From positions 83,088 to 147,087 of the forward strand of contig CAVPJD010000009.1 in NCBI GenBank assembly GCA_963705165.1: DNA of 64,000 nt. The letters are read 5' to 3'. This document shows, one piece after another, positions 11,100-23,612 of the stretch. Position 1 is the stretch's first letter, and every line of letters starts with the position of its first letter. The translations under genes were made by a program, and so were the position numbers. The notes beneath the pieces are model-generated. The model did no database searches and was not told where the DNA came from. It saw only the letters and a program-made list of their open reading frames with translations. This DNA comes from an uncultured delta proteobacterium. Lineage in GTDB: Bacteria; Desulfobacterota; Syntrophia; Syntrophales; UBA2192.

Positions 11100-11369
11100 A
11101 TGAACAAAGCGGAACTGATCAGTGAAGTGGCAAAGGTCGTGTGTGTGAAGAAGGAGGCAGCCGCAGCCGTCGATGCCGTATTCGGAGCCATCCAGAAGGC
11201 ACTGAAGAAGGGGGACAAGGTGGCCATCGCCGGATTCGGGACGTTTTCCGTTGCGAAACGGGCTGCACGGAAGGCCCGCAACCCCCAGACAGGCGACATC
11301 ATCAAGGTGAAGGCGAAGAAAGTGCCGAAGTTCTCCGCCGGCAAAGGGTTTAAGGATGCCGTGAAGTAA
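11100..11369 (+). CDS. hup: HU family DNA-binding protein
   Basis: MNKAELI...GFGTF...ARNPQTG...VPKFSAGKGFKDAV; AGGAGG RBS. Confidence 0.96.
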   Translation: MNKAELISEVAKVVCVKKEAAAAVDAVFGAIQKALKKGDKVAIAGFGTFSVAKRAARKARNPQTGDIIKVKAKKVPKFSAGKGFKDAVK

Positions 11370-11394
11370 GCTGCAGATAATTTTTCAGTCAACG

Positions 11395-11432
11395 AAAAAA
11401 GAAGGGATTCCGCGCGGAATCCCTTCTTTTTT
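11395..11432. terminator. Bidirectional Rho-independent terminator
   Basis: AAAAAAGAAGGGATTCC-GCGC-GGAATCCCTTCTTTTTT perfect hairpin with A and T tails. Confidence 0.85.
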
Positions 11433-11776
11433 CCGGCTCCCCGCCAGAGCGCGATCCGGGGGCACTCTTTACTTTCGGGCCGTTTGATTCTGCTCTCTCA
11501 GAAGAATCTTCCGCGGCGATTTACTCTTGGAACACCTTCGTTATCGGTTCAATGCTTACGGAAAATCGAAGCCCCTTCCTTCCTGGTCACGCCGGCGCCG
11601 AGAAACCCGATACCCTTCAGGATCCCTTTTTCTCTCCTGACCGAGGCGGCTGCTTCCGTTTTGCCGCCGCTCGTTTTCCCGATGGTTTCTTCGCCGGGAC
11701 CCAAGCTTGCGTGCGGGAAGGGGGCGGGGCCTCTTTTCCCAGGCGCTCATCCCAGAATGCCGGGGTCCGTCGCAGA

Positions 11777-11995
11777 TCACGGACGTCGTATTCCACACAG
11801 TGCGGCCAAATCTTTCACCCGGCCGCGGAACATGTCCTGCAGGCACTCGGGGATGTGCTGCTGCCTCGTGCGGTGCACGCGGATGCATTCCACGCAGTTT
11901 CCGTGACGGTGGCAGCGCGTCTGCGTGCAGGGACAGTCATCCACCATGCCCGGCATGAGTTTGCGCGCAGCAGTTTCCTTCTGTTTTCGTTTCAT
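11777..11995 (-). CDS. Small Cys/His-rich putative metal-binding protein (DUF6485-like)
   Basis: CPC-x4-C-x2-HG-x-C-x2-C-x3-H-x7-P-x-C pattern. Confidence 0.65.
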   Translation of the reverse strand: MKRKQKETAARKLMPGMVDDCPCTQTRCHRHGNCVECIRVHRTRQQHIPECLQDMFRGRVKDLAALCGIRRP

Positions 11996-12097
11996 GGAGT
12001 TCTCCGCAATTCGGTTTCTTCCCCTGCCGGAGAAGCATAACCTTTTTACAACATTAAGAGATTCCTGCCGGAAGAACAATCTTTTTCATCCCTCGCT

Positions 12098-12126
12098 TTG
12101 ACTTTCGACACGTCATTATATAGAAT
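12098..12126 (+). promoter_or_regulatory. Sigma-70 promoter
   Basis: TTGACT-17 bp-TAGAAT, about 35 bp upstream of the ATG at 12161. Confidence 0.65.
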
Positions 12127-12160
12127 GCGCAAACCTGACGCAGATCGAGGATCGAATGCC

Positions 12161-13606
12161 ATGAACCGCTGGTTTGAGACCCTTCATCGCACTCTGGACA
12201 GGGAGAAAATTTCGGGGAACCCGGAAAAGTCTCGGCTGGTGCCTCTCCAGCATTATGCCGAGTCCCTGGGGGAGTTCCGGGAAACCTTACTGCGCTGGTT
12301 TCAGGCAAGCCTGCCGGGGAAGCGCCGGATTCGCGTCTTTGTGGACGGCTTCCCCAAGAAGTGCTCCGAAGGCCCGACGGCACAAATCGACAAGGAGTTC
12401 CGGGCCCTGCTGGGCGAGGCAGGCATCCCCTTTTGCTGGACGGACCTCTCCGCCGAACTTGCCATACCCCCCGGGGAACTTCATGCCTCCCACGCATGCC
12501 TGGAGCAGATCCGCAGCGTCGTGCGGAGGGGAGAAGAAGATGCAGCGGTTGTCCTGGGCTCCGGAAGCATCACCGATCTGGTGAAACACGCCCTGCATCT
12601 GGAGGGCAGGCCCATTCCCTTTGTCTCGGTTCCCACGGCCCTCACCGTGACGGCCTTTACATCCGCTTTTGCCATCATCGACTTCCACGGCGCTAAACGC
12701 ACCCTTCAGTCCAGACCTGTTTCCGCCGCCTTCTGGGTCAGACCTTTTTTGGAATGCGCCCCCCCAAGTATGTCCCGGGCAGGATACGGGGATCTTCTGG
12801 CCCGCTTCGTTGCTTACGGGGACTGGCTTCTCGGGCACCGCCTGGGGGTCATGGAGCGATATGACGAGTCGGCCTTTCGCCTCATGGAGCCTTTTGCCGG
12901 GGGTATCCGGGCGGCAGCCGGCGGGTTTGCCCGTTATCCACTGCCGCAGGATGCCACGGCGTGTACCGCCGCAGCGCTGGCCATGGCCGGGATTTCCATG
13001 TCCACGGCCGGCGAGACGACCCCCCTTTCCGGCTTCGAGCATGTCATCAGCCACGCCCTCGATTTCCTGAGGCTTACGGCGGGCAGGGATCTCGTCTTTC
13101 ACGGCGAGCAGGTCGCTCTGGGCTCCCTCGTGAGCGCCCGGACCTTCGACCGGCTCCTGGGGATGGAGAACCTCAACGGCGTCGCCTGGCGGGATGCGGA
13201 CATCGGGCAGTCCTTGCGGGTCCTGGAGGAGCGAATGGCTGCGACCCCCTTTCCTCGCGGAGGGGAGCCCTATCGCGATAAGATAGATGCTGCCCGGGCG
13301 GAGTTTTCCGTGGAATATCGAAAGAAATCAGAGCGCTGGGCGGCGGCCCGTCCCCGTATCCGGTACTTTGTGGATGCCTGGGGGGATATCCGGCTCGAAC
13401 TCGCCCGATTGACCATGCGGGCCGGGGAGATGGAGCCGCTGCTGAAGAAATCGGGCCTGCCCTGCAGACCCGGGGAGACGGATCCGCCCACCACGGAGGA
13501 GGAATTCCGGTGGGCCGTGGCGTTTTCCCCGTTTGTGCGGGTGCGCATGAACCTCTCCGATCTGCTCTTCTGGATGGACAGGGAGGATCTCGTCGTCTTG
13601 CCTTGA
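12161..13606 (+). CDS. sn-glycerol-1-phosphate dehydrogenase-like protein (AraM/EgsA; iron-ADH/DHQS superfamily)
   Basis: GSGSITDLVK, VPTA..VTAFTS, AGYGDLLAR, SGFEHVISH and FHGEQVALG motifs. Confidence 0.8.
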   Translation: MNRWFETLHRTLDREKISGNPEKSRLVPLQHYAESLGEFRETLLRWFQASLPGKRRIRVFVDGFPKKCSEGPTAQIDKEFRALLGEAGIPFCWTDLSAELAIPPGELHASHACLEQIRSVVRRGEEDAAVVLGSGSITDLVKHALHLEGRPIPFVSVPTALTVTAFTSAFAIIDFHGAKRTLQSRPVSAAFWVRPFLECAPPSMSRAGYGDLLARFVAYGDWLLGHRLGVMERYDESAFRLMEPFAGGIRAAAGGFARYPLPQDATACTAAALAMAGISMSTAGETTPLSGFEHVISHALDFLRLTAGRDLVFHGEQVALGSLVSARTFDRLLGMENLNGVAWRDADIGQSLRVLEERMAATPFPRGGEPYRDKIDAARAEFSVEYRKKSERWAAARPRIRYFVDAWGDIRLELARLTMRAGEMEPLLKKSGLPCRPGETDPPTTEEEFRWAVAFSPFVRVRMNLSDLLFWMDREDLVVLP

Positions 13607-13741
13607 CAAAGCGGCAGTATTTTTCATATAGACAGCGCGGGAAAACTAGGGTGCCGGAAGTAGAATAACCAATCCAGGCTCCGGCCCGGGTTGGACAATC
13701 ACAATCACATCTCGAGGAAGAAAAATCGAGGAGGAGGGGCC

Positions 13742-14767
13742 ATGAAACGCATGCGATCGAAATGGGCGGTCCTGACAGCGGGCCTGATCCTGCTGTCGGC
13801 CGTGTCGGCAGGTTCGGCCTTCGGTGCGGAGCCGGTCAAGGGCAAGGTCATGATCTACAGCTCCATCTATCTGCACATCATCGAGCAGCTCAAGCCGGTG
13901 TTGAAAAAAACGTTCCCCGAGCTGGACGTGCAGTGGTTCTACGGGGGCTCGGAAAAGGTGATTGCGAAGCTCGTGGCGGAGTTCGATCAGGGCAGCACCA
14001 TGGCGGACCTGATCATGATCGCCGACCCGGCCTACTACAACACCCTCAAGCGCGAAGGCCGTCTCCTGCAGTACAAATCGCCCAACGCGAAATATGTCCT
14101 GCCACTGTGGCTCGATAAGGACGGCTACTTCTCCGGCGTGCGGATCAACGTCATCGGAATCGCCTACAACAAGAATCTCGTGGCGGCCAAGGATCTCCCC
14201 AAGACCTGGTGGGACCTGGCAGACCCCAAGTGGCAGGGAAAGGTGGGAATGCCGAACCCGCTTCTGTCCGGGACGGCCTTTGCGGGGACGGCGGGCCTCG
14301 TGCGCTCGCCGAAGCACGGATGGCCCTTCTTCGAGGCCCTCCGGAAAAACCGGATCGCCTGTGAGCCCGGAAACGGCGCCGTGGAAACGAAGCTGCTCTC
14401 CGGCCAGCTCGCCGTGGCGATGCTCCTCGAGGAGAACGTTCTGAAGGCGATCAGTGAGAAAAAACCCCTGGGGTTCGTTTACCCCTCCGACGGTCCCATC
14501 GTGAACCCATCCGGTATCGCCATCATGAAGAACACGAAGAACCCTGCAGCGGCCAAGGCCGTTTATGACTTCTTCCTCTCCAGGGAAGGCCAGCAGGCGA
14601 TCCTTGCGGGCTGGATGCACTCCGTCAGGCCCGACATGCCCCCGCCGGCCAATGCAGCCATGAAGATCGGGGAGATCAACAAGTTCGCCATGCCCATGGA
14701 CTGGGATGCCATCAGCCGGGAGCCCGAAAAGGTCAAGGAACGATTCGACAAGACGGTTCTCCGGTAA
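13742..14767 (+). CDS. ABC transporter substrate-binding protein (FbpA/AfuA-like)
   Basis: Signal peptide; PKTWWDLADPKWQGKVGMPNPLLSGT; AAKAVYDFFLS.EGQ; GGAGGAGG RBS. Confidence 0.88.
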   Translation: MKRMRSKWAVLTAGLILLSAVSAGSAFGAEPVKGKVMIYSSIYLHIIEQLKPVLKKTFPELDVQWFYGGSEKVIAKLVAEFDQGSTMADLIMIADPAYYNTLKREGRLLQYKSPNAKYVLPLWLDKDGYFSGVRINVIGIAYNKNLVAAKDLPKTWWDLADPKWQGKVGMPNPLLSGTAFAGTAGLVRSPKHGWPFFEALRKNRIACEPGNGAVETKLLSGQLAVAMLLEENVLKAISEKKPLGFVYPSDGPIVNPSGIAIMKNTKNPAAAKAVYDFFLSREGQQAILAGWMHSVRPDMPPPANAAMKIGEINKFAMPMDWDAISREPEKVKERFDKTVLR

Positions 14768-14842
14768 ATTGACAGCTTGTTCCCCCGCCGGCCGGGCCAT
14801 GCTTCGGCCGGCGGGGATTTCTCTTGCGGAGCGGTGCCCTTC

Positions 14843-16528
14843 ATGGCCTCGATCGGGAGGATCTTCAGCGCGCGCAATCTCGTCATCGGCTTCGCCCTGC
14901 TGTTTCTTGTCGTCTTCGTCCTTTTTCCCCTGGTCCTTCTTGTCTTGAGGAGCTTTCTGGGACCGGAAGGGGAGATCAGCCTCCAGAACTACATCGCCGT
15001 CTACGGCAAGGAACATAACTGGGATGCCGTGGTGACGACCCTCTGGGTCTGCGGCCTCACCATGTTCTTCTCCATGATCTTCGCCACGGGGCTTGCATGG
15101 CTCGTGGTGCGCAGCAATCTTCCCTGGCGGCGTCAGTTCCGCTCTCTCTTCTTCATCCCCTACGTGATCCCGCCCTACGTGGGGGCCATCGCCTGGATCC
15201 TGCTGCTCACACCGGGTGTGGGGTATATCAACAAGATATTGATTGAGTCCTTCGGCGCCGACATGCCCGGCCCCTTCGACATCTACACCGTCCCCGGCCT
15301 GGTGTGGGTCATGACCCTGTTCTACTATCCCCTGGCCTTTCTGAATGTGGCAAGCGCCCTCGAGCAGATGGACAACTCCCTCGAGGAGGCCGCCCGCATC
15401 AGCGGCGCCCATCCCTTGCGGGTATTCTGGGACATCACGCTGCCCCTGGTCTCCCCCAGCTTTTTCGCGGGGGGGCTTCTGGTATTTGCCGCCTCCGCCT
15501 CCGCCTTCGGGGTCCCCGCCATGATCGGCATGCCCAGCCGCATCTATGTGCTCTCCACCCAGGTCATCCAGTACGTCTACATGGGGACGACGTCGGGGAT
15601 GCGTGAGGCAACGGCCCTGTCGGTCGTTCTCATGGTCATCGCCGTTATCACCATGACCCTCGGGAACCGCCTCCTGAGCCGCAAACGCTACACCCTTGTG
15701 GGGGGAAAGAGTGCCCGCGTGCTGCCAGTCTCGCTGGGCCGCTTCAAGATTCCGGCCCTCCTCTTTTCGGGTCTGCTGGGTTTTGTCCTGGTGATCCTGC
15801 CCATCGGGGCCATTGTGGTGACCTCCTTCATCCGGGTTTTCGGGGAGCCGATCACCCTGGAGAACCTGAGCCTGGAGCACTATGCGTACATTCTGACGTT
15901 CAAGACGGCCATGGAGGCCTTTCAGAACAGCTTCTTCCTGGGCATCGTGGCGGCAACCCTGGCTCTCTTCGTGGCAAGCCTCATCGCCTACTACCGGGTC
16001 AAGGTGAAGAGCCCCCTGGCCCGGGCGGCAGACCTCATCGCCACAATCCCCTACGCCACGCCGGGGACGGTCATCGCGCTGGCGCTGATCATCGCCTTTT
16101 CGGGGAAATACGGGCTCAACCTGTACAACACCTTCGCAATTCTGATCGTGGCCTACATCGTCAAGTATCTGGCCTTCTCCGTTCGTACGGTCTGCGCCTC
16201 CCTGGAGCAGATCGATCTTTCGCTGGAGGAGGCCGCACAGATCTCCGGGGCAAGCTGGATCCAGAGCTTCCGCGATATCATCCTGCCGCTCGTGCGGCCG
16301 GGACTGATTGCCGCTTGGTTTCTTGTGTTCATGACAACCTTCTATGAGTTGACGATGACGATCCTTCTCTATGGACCCGAGACGCTCAATCTGGGCGTCA
16401 TCCTGTTCGAGATGCAGACCTACTCCAACCAGCAGGCGGCCTCCGTGCTGTCCGTGCTGATCCTCGTGGTGGTCCTGGTGGGAAATGTGCTGGTTTCGAA
16501 AATCACGAAAGGAAAGATCACCATCTGA
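14843..16528 (+). CDS. ABC permease with two fused TM domains (FbpB/AfuB-like)
   Basis: Two EAA loops (LEEAARISGA and LEEAAQISGA). Confidence 0.9.
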   Translation: MASIGRIFSARNLVIGFALLFLVVFVLFPLVLLVLRSFLGPEGEISLQNYIAVYGKEHNWDAVVTTLWVCGLTMFFSMIFATGLAWLVVRSNLPWRRQFRSLFFIPYVIPPYVGAIAWILLLTPGVGYINKILIESFGADMPGPFDIYTVPGLVWVMTLFYYPLAFLNVASALEQMDNSLEEAARISGAHPLRVFWDITLPLVSPSFFAGGLLVFAASASAFGVPAMIGMPSRIYVLSTQVIQYVYMGTTSGMREATALSVVLMVIAVITMTLGNRLLSRKRYTLVGGKSARVLPVSLGRFKIPALLFSGLLGFVLVILPIGAIVVTSFIRVFGEPITLENLSLEHYAYILTFKTAMEAFQNSFFLGIVAATLALFVASLIAYYRVKVKSPLARAADLIATIPYATPGTVIALALIIAFSGKYGLNLYNTFAILIVAYIVKYLAFSVRTVCASLEQIDLSLEEAAQISGASWIQSFRDIILPLVRPGLIAAWFLVFMTTFYELTMTILLYGPETLNLGVILFEMQTYSNQQAASVLSVLILVVVLVGNVLVSKITKGKITI

Positions 16529-16568
16529 TGAACCGCAATGCAGACGCAGAGGAATATCAACGCGGGAT

Positions 16569-16630
16569 GTCATTCCTGGCTTGACCAGGAATCCAGACAA
16601 GGACTGGATCCCCGCCTCCGCGGGGATGAC
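16569..16630. repeat. REP/dRS3-like inverted palindromic doublet
   Basis: GTCATTCCTGGCTTGACCAGGAATCCAG ... CTGGATCCCCGCCTCCGCGGGGATGAC in the permease-ATPase spacer. Confidence 0.8.
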
Positions 16631-16666
16631 GACGCGGGATCAGGAAACGGAAGGAAAAAACAATTC

Positions 16667-17746
16667 ATGGCTGATGTGAGACTGGAAGACGTATCGAAGA
16701 AGTTCGGCAACGTGGAGGCCGTGGCGGCATTCAGCGAGACCATCCGGGAAGGGGAGTTCGTGTCCCTGCTGGGGCCTTCGGGCTGCGGCAAGACCACGAC
16801 GCTGAGGATCATCGCCGGGTTCGAGAGAGCCACGACGGGGCGTGTGTTCATCGGGACCGAACTGGTGAGCTGCTCGGAGACCAGGACCTACAAGCCTCCG
16901 GAAGACCGCAACATCGGGATGGTATTCCAGTCCTACGCTGTCTGGCCCCACATGAATGTCTTTGCCAACGTCGCATACCCCCTGAAAGTCCGCGGCACAT
17001 CGAAAAAGACAATCCAGGAGAATGTCGGTCGCGTTCTCGACCTGGTGCACCTGGAAGGCCTGGAGAAGCGTCTTCCCAGCCAGCTCTCCGGGGGCCAGCA
17101 GCAGCGCGTGGCCCTGGCCCGGGCGTTGGTGGCCGAACCCTCCCTTCTGCTTCTGGACGAGCCGCTCTCCAACCTGGACGCCAAGCTGCGCGAGAGCATG
17201 CGCTTCGAGATCAAGGACGTACAGCGCCGCCTCGGGATCACCGTCATCTACGTGACCCACGACCAGGCCGAGGCCATGGTCATGTCCGACCGGATCATCG
17301 TCATGGACAAGGGCTATGTCCAGCAGACGGGCAGGCCGAAAGATATCTATGAATTGCCCGCCAACCGTTTTGTGGCCGACTTCATCGGACTCATTAATTT
17401 CATGGACGGCACGCTGGTTTCCGTGGAAGGCGCCGAGGGGGTTGTAGCCCTGACCGATGTCCCGGGGCCCGTGCATCTGAAGGGCCGCCTCCACTCTGAA
17501 ATGAAGACGGGGGAGCGGGTCGTCCTGGCGGCCCGCCCGGAATCGATCACCGTGTCGGGTCATCAGTCCCCCGGCGCGATTCCCGGGCGCCTGGTCCGGA
17601 AGATCTATCTGGGAAACGAAATGGACTACCGGGTGGCCCTCGGCCCCCAGGAGGTTCGGGCCACGGGACCTGCCGCCGCCGATGACCTGGCGGATGGAAG
17701 CGACGTGTGGATGTCCTTCACCAAGGTCCTTGCGATGCCGTTTTAG
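16667..17746 (+). CDS. ABC ATPase (FbpC/PotA family, TOBE domain)
   Basis: [25 protein letters not shown] and YVTHDQ motifs. Confidence 0.93.
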   Translation: MADVRLEDVSKKFGNVEAVAAFSETIREGEFVSLLGPSGCGKTTTLRIIAGFERATTGRVFIGTELVSCSETRTYKPPEDRNIGMVFQSYAVWPHMNVFANVAYPLKVRGTSKKTIQENVGRVLDLVHLEGLEKRLPSQLSGGQQQRVALARALVAEPSLLLLDEPLSNLDAKLRESMRFEIKDVQRRLGITVIYVTHDQAEAMVMSDRIIVMDKGYVQQTGRPKDIYELPANRFVADFIGLINFMDGTLVSVEGAEGVVALTDVPGPVHLKGRLHSEMKTGERVVLAARPESITVSGHQSPGAIPGRLVRKIYLGNEMDYRVALGPQEVRATGPAAADDLADGSDVWMSFTKVLAMPF

Positions 17747-17869
17747 AACGCCCGGCAATCTCTGATCATCCAACCTCTTCGCCCGGGCCAAACAAAAAAA
17801 GGGATTTGGCAACCATGCAAAATCCCACCCCTCCCCTGCAGACACAATCTTTTACGGCTAAATAAATCG

Positions 17870-17926
17870 TTGACAAACTTTCGGGAGAAGCGTAGACAAT
17901 AAGCGTTATTTTTAAATAATCATTAT
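17870..17926 (+). promoter_or_regulatory. Sigma-70 promoter with a Fur/Per-type box
   Basis: TTGACA at 17870, -10-like TAGACA 17 bp later, and palindrome ATAATCATTAT at 17916-17926. Confidence 0.6.
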
Positions 17927-17938
17927 CGTCAAAGCCAG

Positions 17939-18403
17939 GTGATGGGGATGCAACAAAGGGATTTAATAGAACCCCAAAAGCGCGTCGAGGAGATGCTTTC
18001 CAAACTGAAAAGCCGCGATTTCCGCATTACGCCCCAGCGCCTGGCCATACTCAGAATTCTGGCCGAAAGCGATGGGCATCCAAGCGTCGACACCATATAT
18101 CAGGAAGTTAAGGCCGAATTCCCCACGACAAGCCTGGCCACGGTATACAAAACGGTTTCTCTTCTCAAGGAGCTGAACGAGGTCCTGGAACTTGGCTTTC
18201 CCGATGGGAGCAATCGCTACGATGGAAACAATCCGGTGCCTCACCCTCACGCAATCTGCATGAAGTGCAAGAAAATCATGGATCCCGAATTGATGAACAT
18301 TGACGCACTCAGCGAAGAGATGAGCCGCAAGACGGGATATAAAATCTTCTATCACCGCCTGGATTTCTTCGGTCTTTGCCCGGAATGTCAGCAGAAAAAC
18401 TAA
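17939..18403 (+). CDS. Fur family regulator, PerR-like
   Basis: RITPQR, HPS, SLATVYK, HPHAICMKC and C-terminal CPEC; adjacent to katG. Confidence 0.9.
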   Translation: MMGMQQRDLIEPQKRVEEMLSKLKSRDFRITPQRLAILRILAESDGHPSVDTIYQEVKAEFPTTSLATVYKTVSLLKELNEVLELGFPDGSNRYDGNNPVPHPHAICMKCKKIMDPELMNIDALSEEMSRKTGYKIFYHRLDFFGLCPECQQKN

Positions 18404-18455
18404 TCTCCTCGTGCTCTGTGGCACTATTTTATGGCTCTTTTTTTACTTGGTAATA

Positions 18456-18471
18456 GATAATGATTCTTTAT
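18456..18471 (+). promoter_or_regulatory. Second Fur/Per-type box upstream of katG
   Basis: GATAATGATTCTTTAT, one mismatch to ATAATNATTAT. Confidence 0.5.
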
Positions 18472-18489
18472 AGACATTAAGAATCATGA

Positions 18490-20751
<2,262 letters not shown>

Positions 20752-20992
20752 TCGTCGCATAACCGTCTTCGAGGGCGACAGGGCGGCGAAAAAGAAGTGG
20801 ACCAAGGCCGATCAAGGCCTATGAAGACGTGAGATTCAAAAGGACTGTAAACGGCGGGAGTGCCTGGAGGTGACGTGAGGCAGCGACGGGAGTGACGAAG
20901 TCGTTCGGCTTTCCCTTGAGGTAAAGCCGCCCCTTAGGGTGTGCAAAACAACATCGTGTTGCAGATTTAATTTTCAGGGAGGTAGGAGTTTT

Positions 20993-22173
20993 ATGACGGA
21001 ATATGATCTCTTTAAAGTTTTCCCAAGAATGCCGAAGAAGGTCATGATCGGCGACATCACGATTCGCGACGGCTTCCAGCACGAGGAGAGGTTCATCTCC
21101 ACGAATGCCAAGATTTTCTACGGAAGGGGAGCATCCTGGCGGGCTGCAAGGAACTCGAGGCCACCAACCTGGGCAGTGCGGTGACGACGCCCCAGTTCAG
21201 CGATGCCGACGAAGTGATGAAGGCCATGCGCAGCGACGAGTTCAAAAAACGCTGCGAGCGCGCCAAGATCAAGTATAACGAGCTGGTTTTCACAAACGTG
21301 ACGATCCGCGAGACTGCCGTGGACCGCGCCATCGAGATGAAGAAGAAGGGCTACGGCCCGGACCGCATCCTGATGATGGTCTCGACGGACCCCGAGCACC
21401 ACTTCGCCAACTCCGGCACGACGCTCTCCCAGTACTGGAGAGAGGCCGAGCGCTGCATCAAGAAGGCAACCGATGCCGGCATCAAGATGTGCGGCACGGT
21501 CTCCACGATCTGGGGCAGCCCCATCAGCGGCGCAACGAAGCTGGAAGACGCCGTTGAGTTCACGAAGCGATGGTTCTCCATCGGCGCCTACGACATCGAG
21601 CACGCCGACCACGACGGCTCCGCCAACGGCGCCGACGTGTACCGCTACTTCTCGATGTCCTCGATGCCATGCCCAACGCGAGGCCACCTTGCCGCCGGCA
21701 CGAGACCAAGCGCATCGCCTCGCAGTCGATCCTGGCAGCGCTGAGGCGGGGCTTGCCCGTTTGAGGGGACGCTGGGCGGTCTGGGCGGGCAGCAGGCCAA
21801 CTTCCTCGACGACTGCCCCATCCGCGGCACCGGTGAGTATTACTACAAGGATCACCGGTTCGTAGGGCTGATCTGCCTGGAGGACCTTATCGTGCAGATC
21901 GACGAGCTGGGCATCGAGCATGGCTACGACGTGGACCGTATGCTGTGGCTGGGCTAGAAGCTGGAGAAGACCTGCGGGCGCAGGCTGCGCAGCGAGGCCG
22001 TCAACAACGGCAGCACGGCGAAGGGAGGGAATCCTCAGTTTGGCCGCCCGGGCCTGAAGAAGCTCGTCGAGAAGGAAGGCGAAAAGCCCGGCGCGAGAGT
22101 TCCGGCCGAGTGGCCTGCCGAAGTGAAGCTGGGCGACAAGTGGGGACCGACGGCAGACGTGTGGAAGAAGTAG
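20993..22173 (+). CDS. HMG-CoA-lyase-like DRE-TIM metallolyase, multiply frameshifted with one internal TAG
   Basis: GDITIRDGFQHE, EHADHDG, FEGTLGGLGG and EDLIVQIDELGI pieces in changing frames; RBS AGGAG. Confidence 0.75.
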
Positions 22174-22219
22174 AAGCATCGGTAACGGACAAGCATCCAA
22201 AATGGATGAAATGTATTTG

Positions 22220-22254
22220 CAGGGCAGGGCTGGCAAACGGCCCTGCCCTGTTTC
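22220..22254 (+). terminator. Terminator-like hairpin
   Basis: CAGGGCAGGGC...GCCCTGCCCTG followed by TTT. Confidence 0.45.
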
Positions 22255-22393
22255 AGGATAGCCCTGTAACTGCCTTGATCTCCACGTCCGAAAAATCATC
22301 CAAGCCCATTCTGCGGCACCGACGGAGGGAAAACATGGTAGTGAAACGGTCGGCCATGACAATGGGATCAGGATCGATCTCAGAGAGGTTCCG

Positions 22394-23523
22394 ATGACCG
22401 TGGAAGGAAATCTGTCATTGCTGCGCAAGTACTGGCAGTCGGAAATCGTTGCCGATCGCCTGTACGGCTTTCTTGCCGCTCGATGCAGCGATGCGGAGCA
22501 CAGAGAAATTATTTTAAAAATCGGGCGTATGGAGCAGGGGCACGCAACGGTCTGGAGCCGTATCGCCGACAAGTCCCATGGCGCCAGGTTCGAAGTTACC
22601 CTTTCCCTGAGGTTGAAAATCCTCTTGGGAAAACTGCTTTCAGTCGTCCTTCCGTTCACCATCTTCATCCATTACATGGAGCACGAGGAGCGAAACGCGA
22701 TCCTCGAGTACTCCAAGCTGCTCGATGCATACAAGCACGACGAAGACACCCGCAAGATCATCACCAATATCATCCGGCAGGAAATCGCCCACGAGTGGCA
22801 GATGATGGAGCAGATTGCCGACAAAGAAGCCTATATAGAAAAGACCCGGGAAGCGATGGATGCCATGACCATCGGGAGTATCGAGACGCTGGGAGTGGTC
22901 ATCGGCCTGCTCGCTGCGCACGCATCGACGCTGACGATCGGGTTGACAGGGCTTCATCGCGTGCACTCGGGGGGCTCATCGCGATCATGTCCACATCCTA
23001 TGTCACATCGAAAGCAACCTCCGATCTGCACGAGGGCTGAACCCGGGAAATCCATATAAAAAGGGACATCAATCCCGCCGTCCTGAAACGGGAGCTGGAA
23101 AAGGCCCTCATCGGGAAAGGAATCGGCAGTGAAACGGTCAAAGACATCATGGGGATCATCGGGGATGACACGTCCATCCTGTCCAACCTGGTCAAATCGA
23201 TGAAATCATTGGGCGAGGTCGGCGAGCCGAAAGAGGCCATTAAAACCTCCGGCTTGTTTTTCATCTTCGGAGCCGTACCGATCCTGATCCCCTTCTTCGT
23301 CGGGGTCATGGGGAATCTCGCTCCCTTTATCCCCGCGGTGACCGCCTTTGTCGTGGCCGTTTTCACGATATCAACGGCAGGGTTCTTTGTCGCGGTTCTG
23401 TCCGGGAAAAAGATATTCATGAAGATCGCGCACAATATCTTCGTCATCATGGGGACGTGCGCCGTCACCTATGCGGTAGGCCTTGCCGCCCGGATTCTTT
23501 TGGGAATCGATGTGGTTCATTGA
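22394..23523 (+). CDS. Ferritin/rubrerythrin-like + VIT1/CCC1 membrane protein, frameshifted near 22955-23040
   Basis: ExxH motifs (MEQGH, QEIAH) followed by VIT1-like TM segments (SGLFFIFGAVPILIPF). Confidence 0.75.
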
Positions 23524-23546
23524 CACGGTTTTCGAGAAGAGGATAA

Positions 23547-23579
23547 TAAAAAACGGGGCCTCGCAATGGAGGTCCCGTT
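23547..23579 (-). terminator. Terminator of the AAA ATPase gene, between convergent genes
   Basis: Minus strand AACGGGACCTC...GAGGCCCCGTTTTTTA. Confidence 0.6.
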
Positions 23580-23612
23580 ATATATTTTCTGGCGACGCAG
23601 GCGGAACTTTCC

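Noticed and set aside
13646..16600. Long antisense ORFs (984 aa here, also 6260-8341 and many in the high-GC half)
   Set aside because: These are shadow ORFs of well-supported genes, caused by GC-rich codon bias, with no recognisable motifs.
21955..21957. In-frame TAG as pyrrolysine/readthrough (also the TAG in the ABC fragment, TAG near 58222 and TGA near 23038)
   Set aside because: The surrounding genes carry other indel errors, and no pyl/sel machinery or recoding structure was seen.
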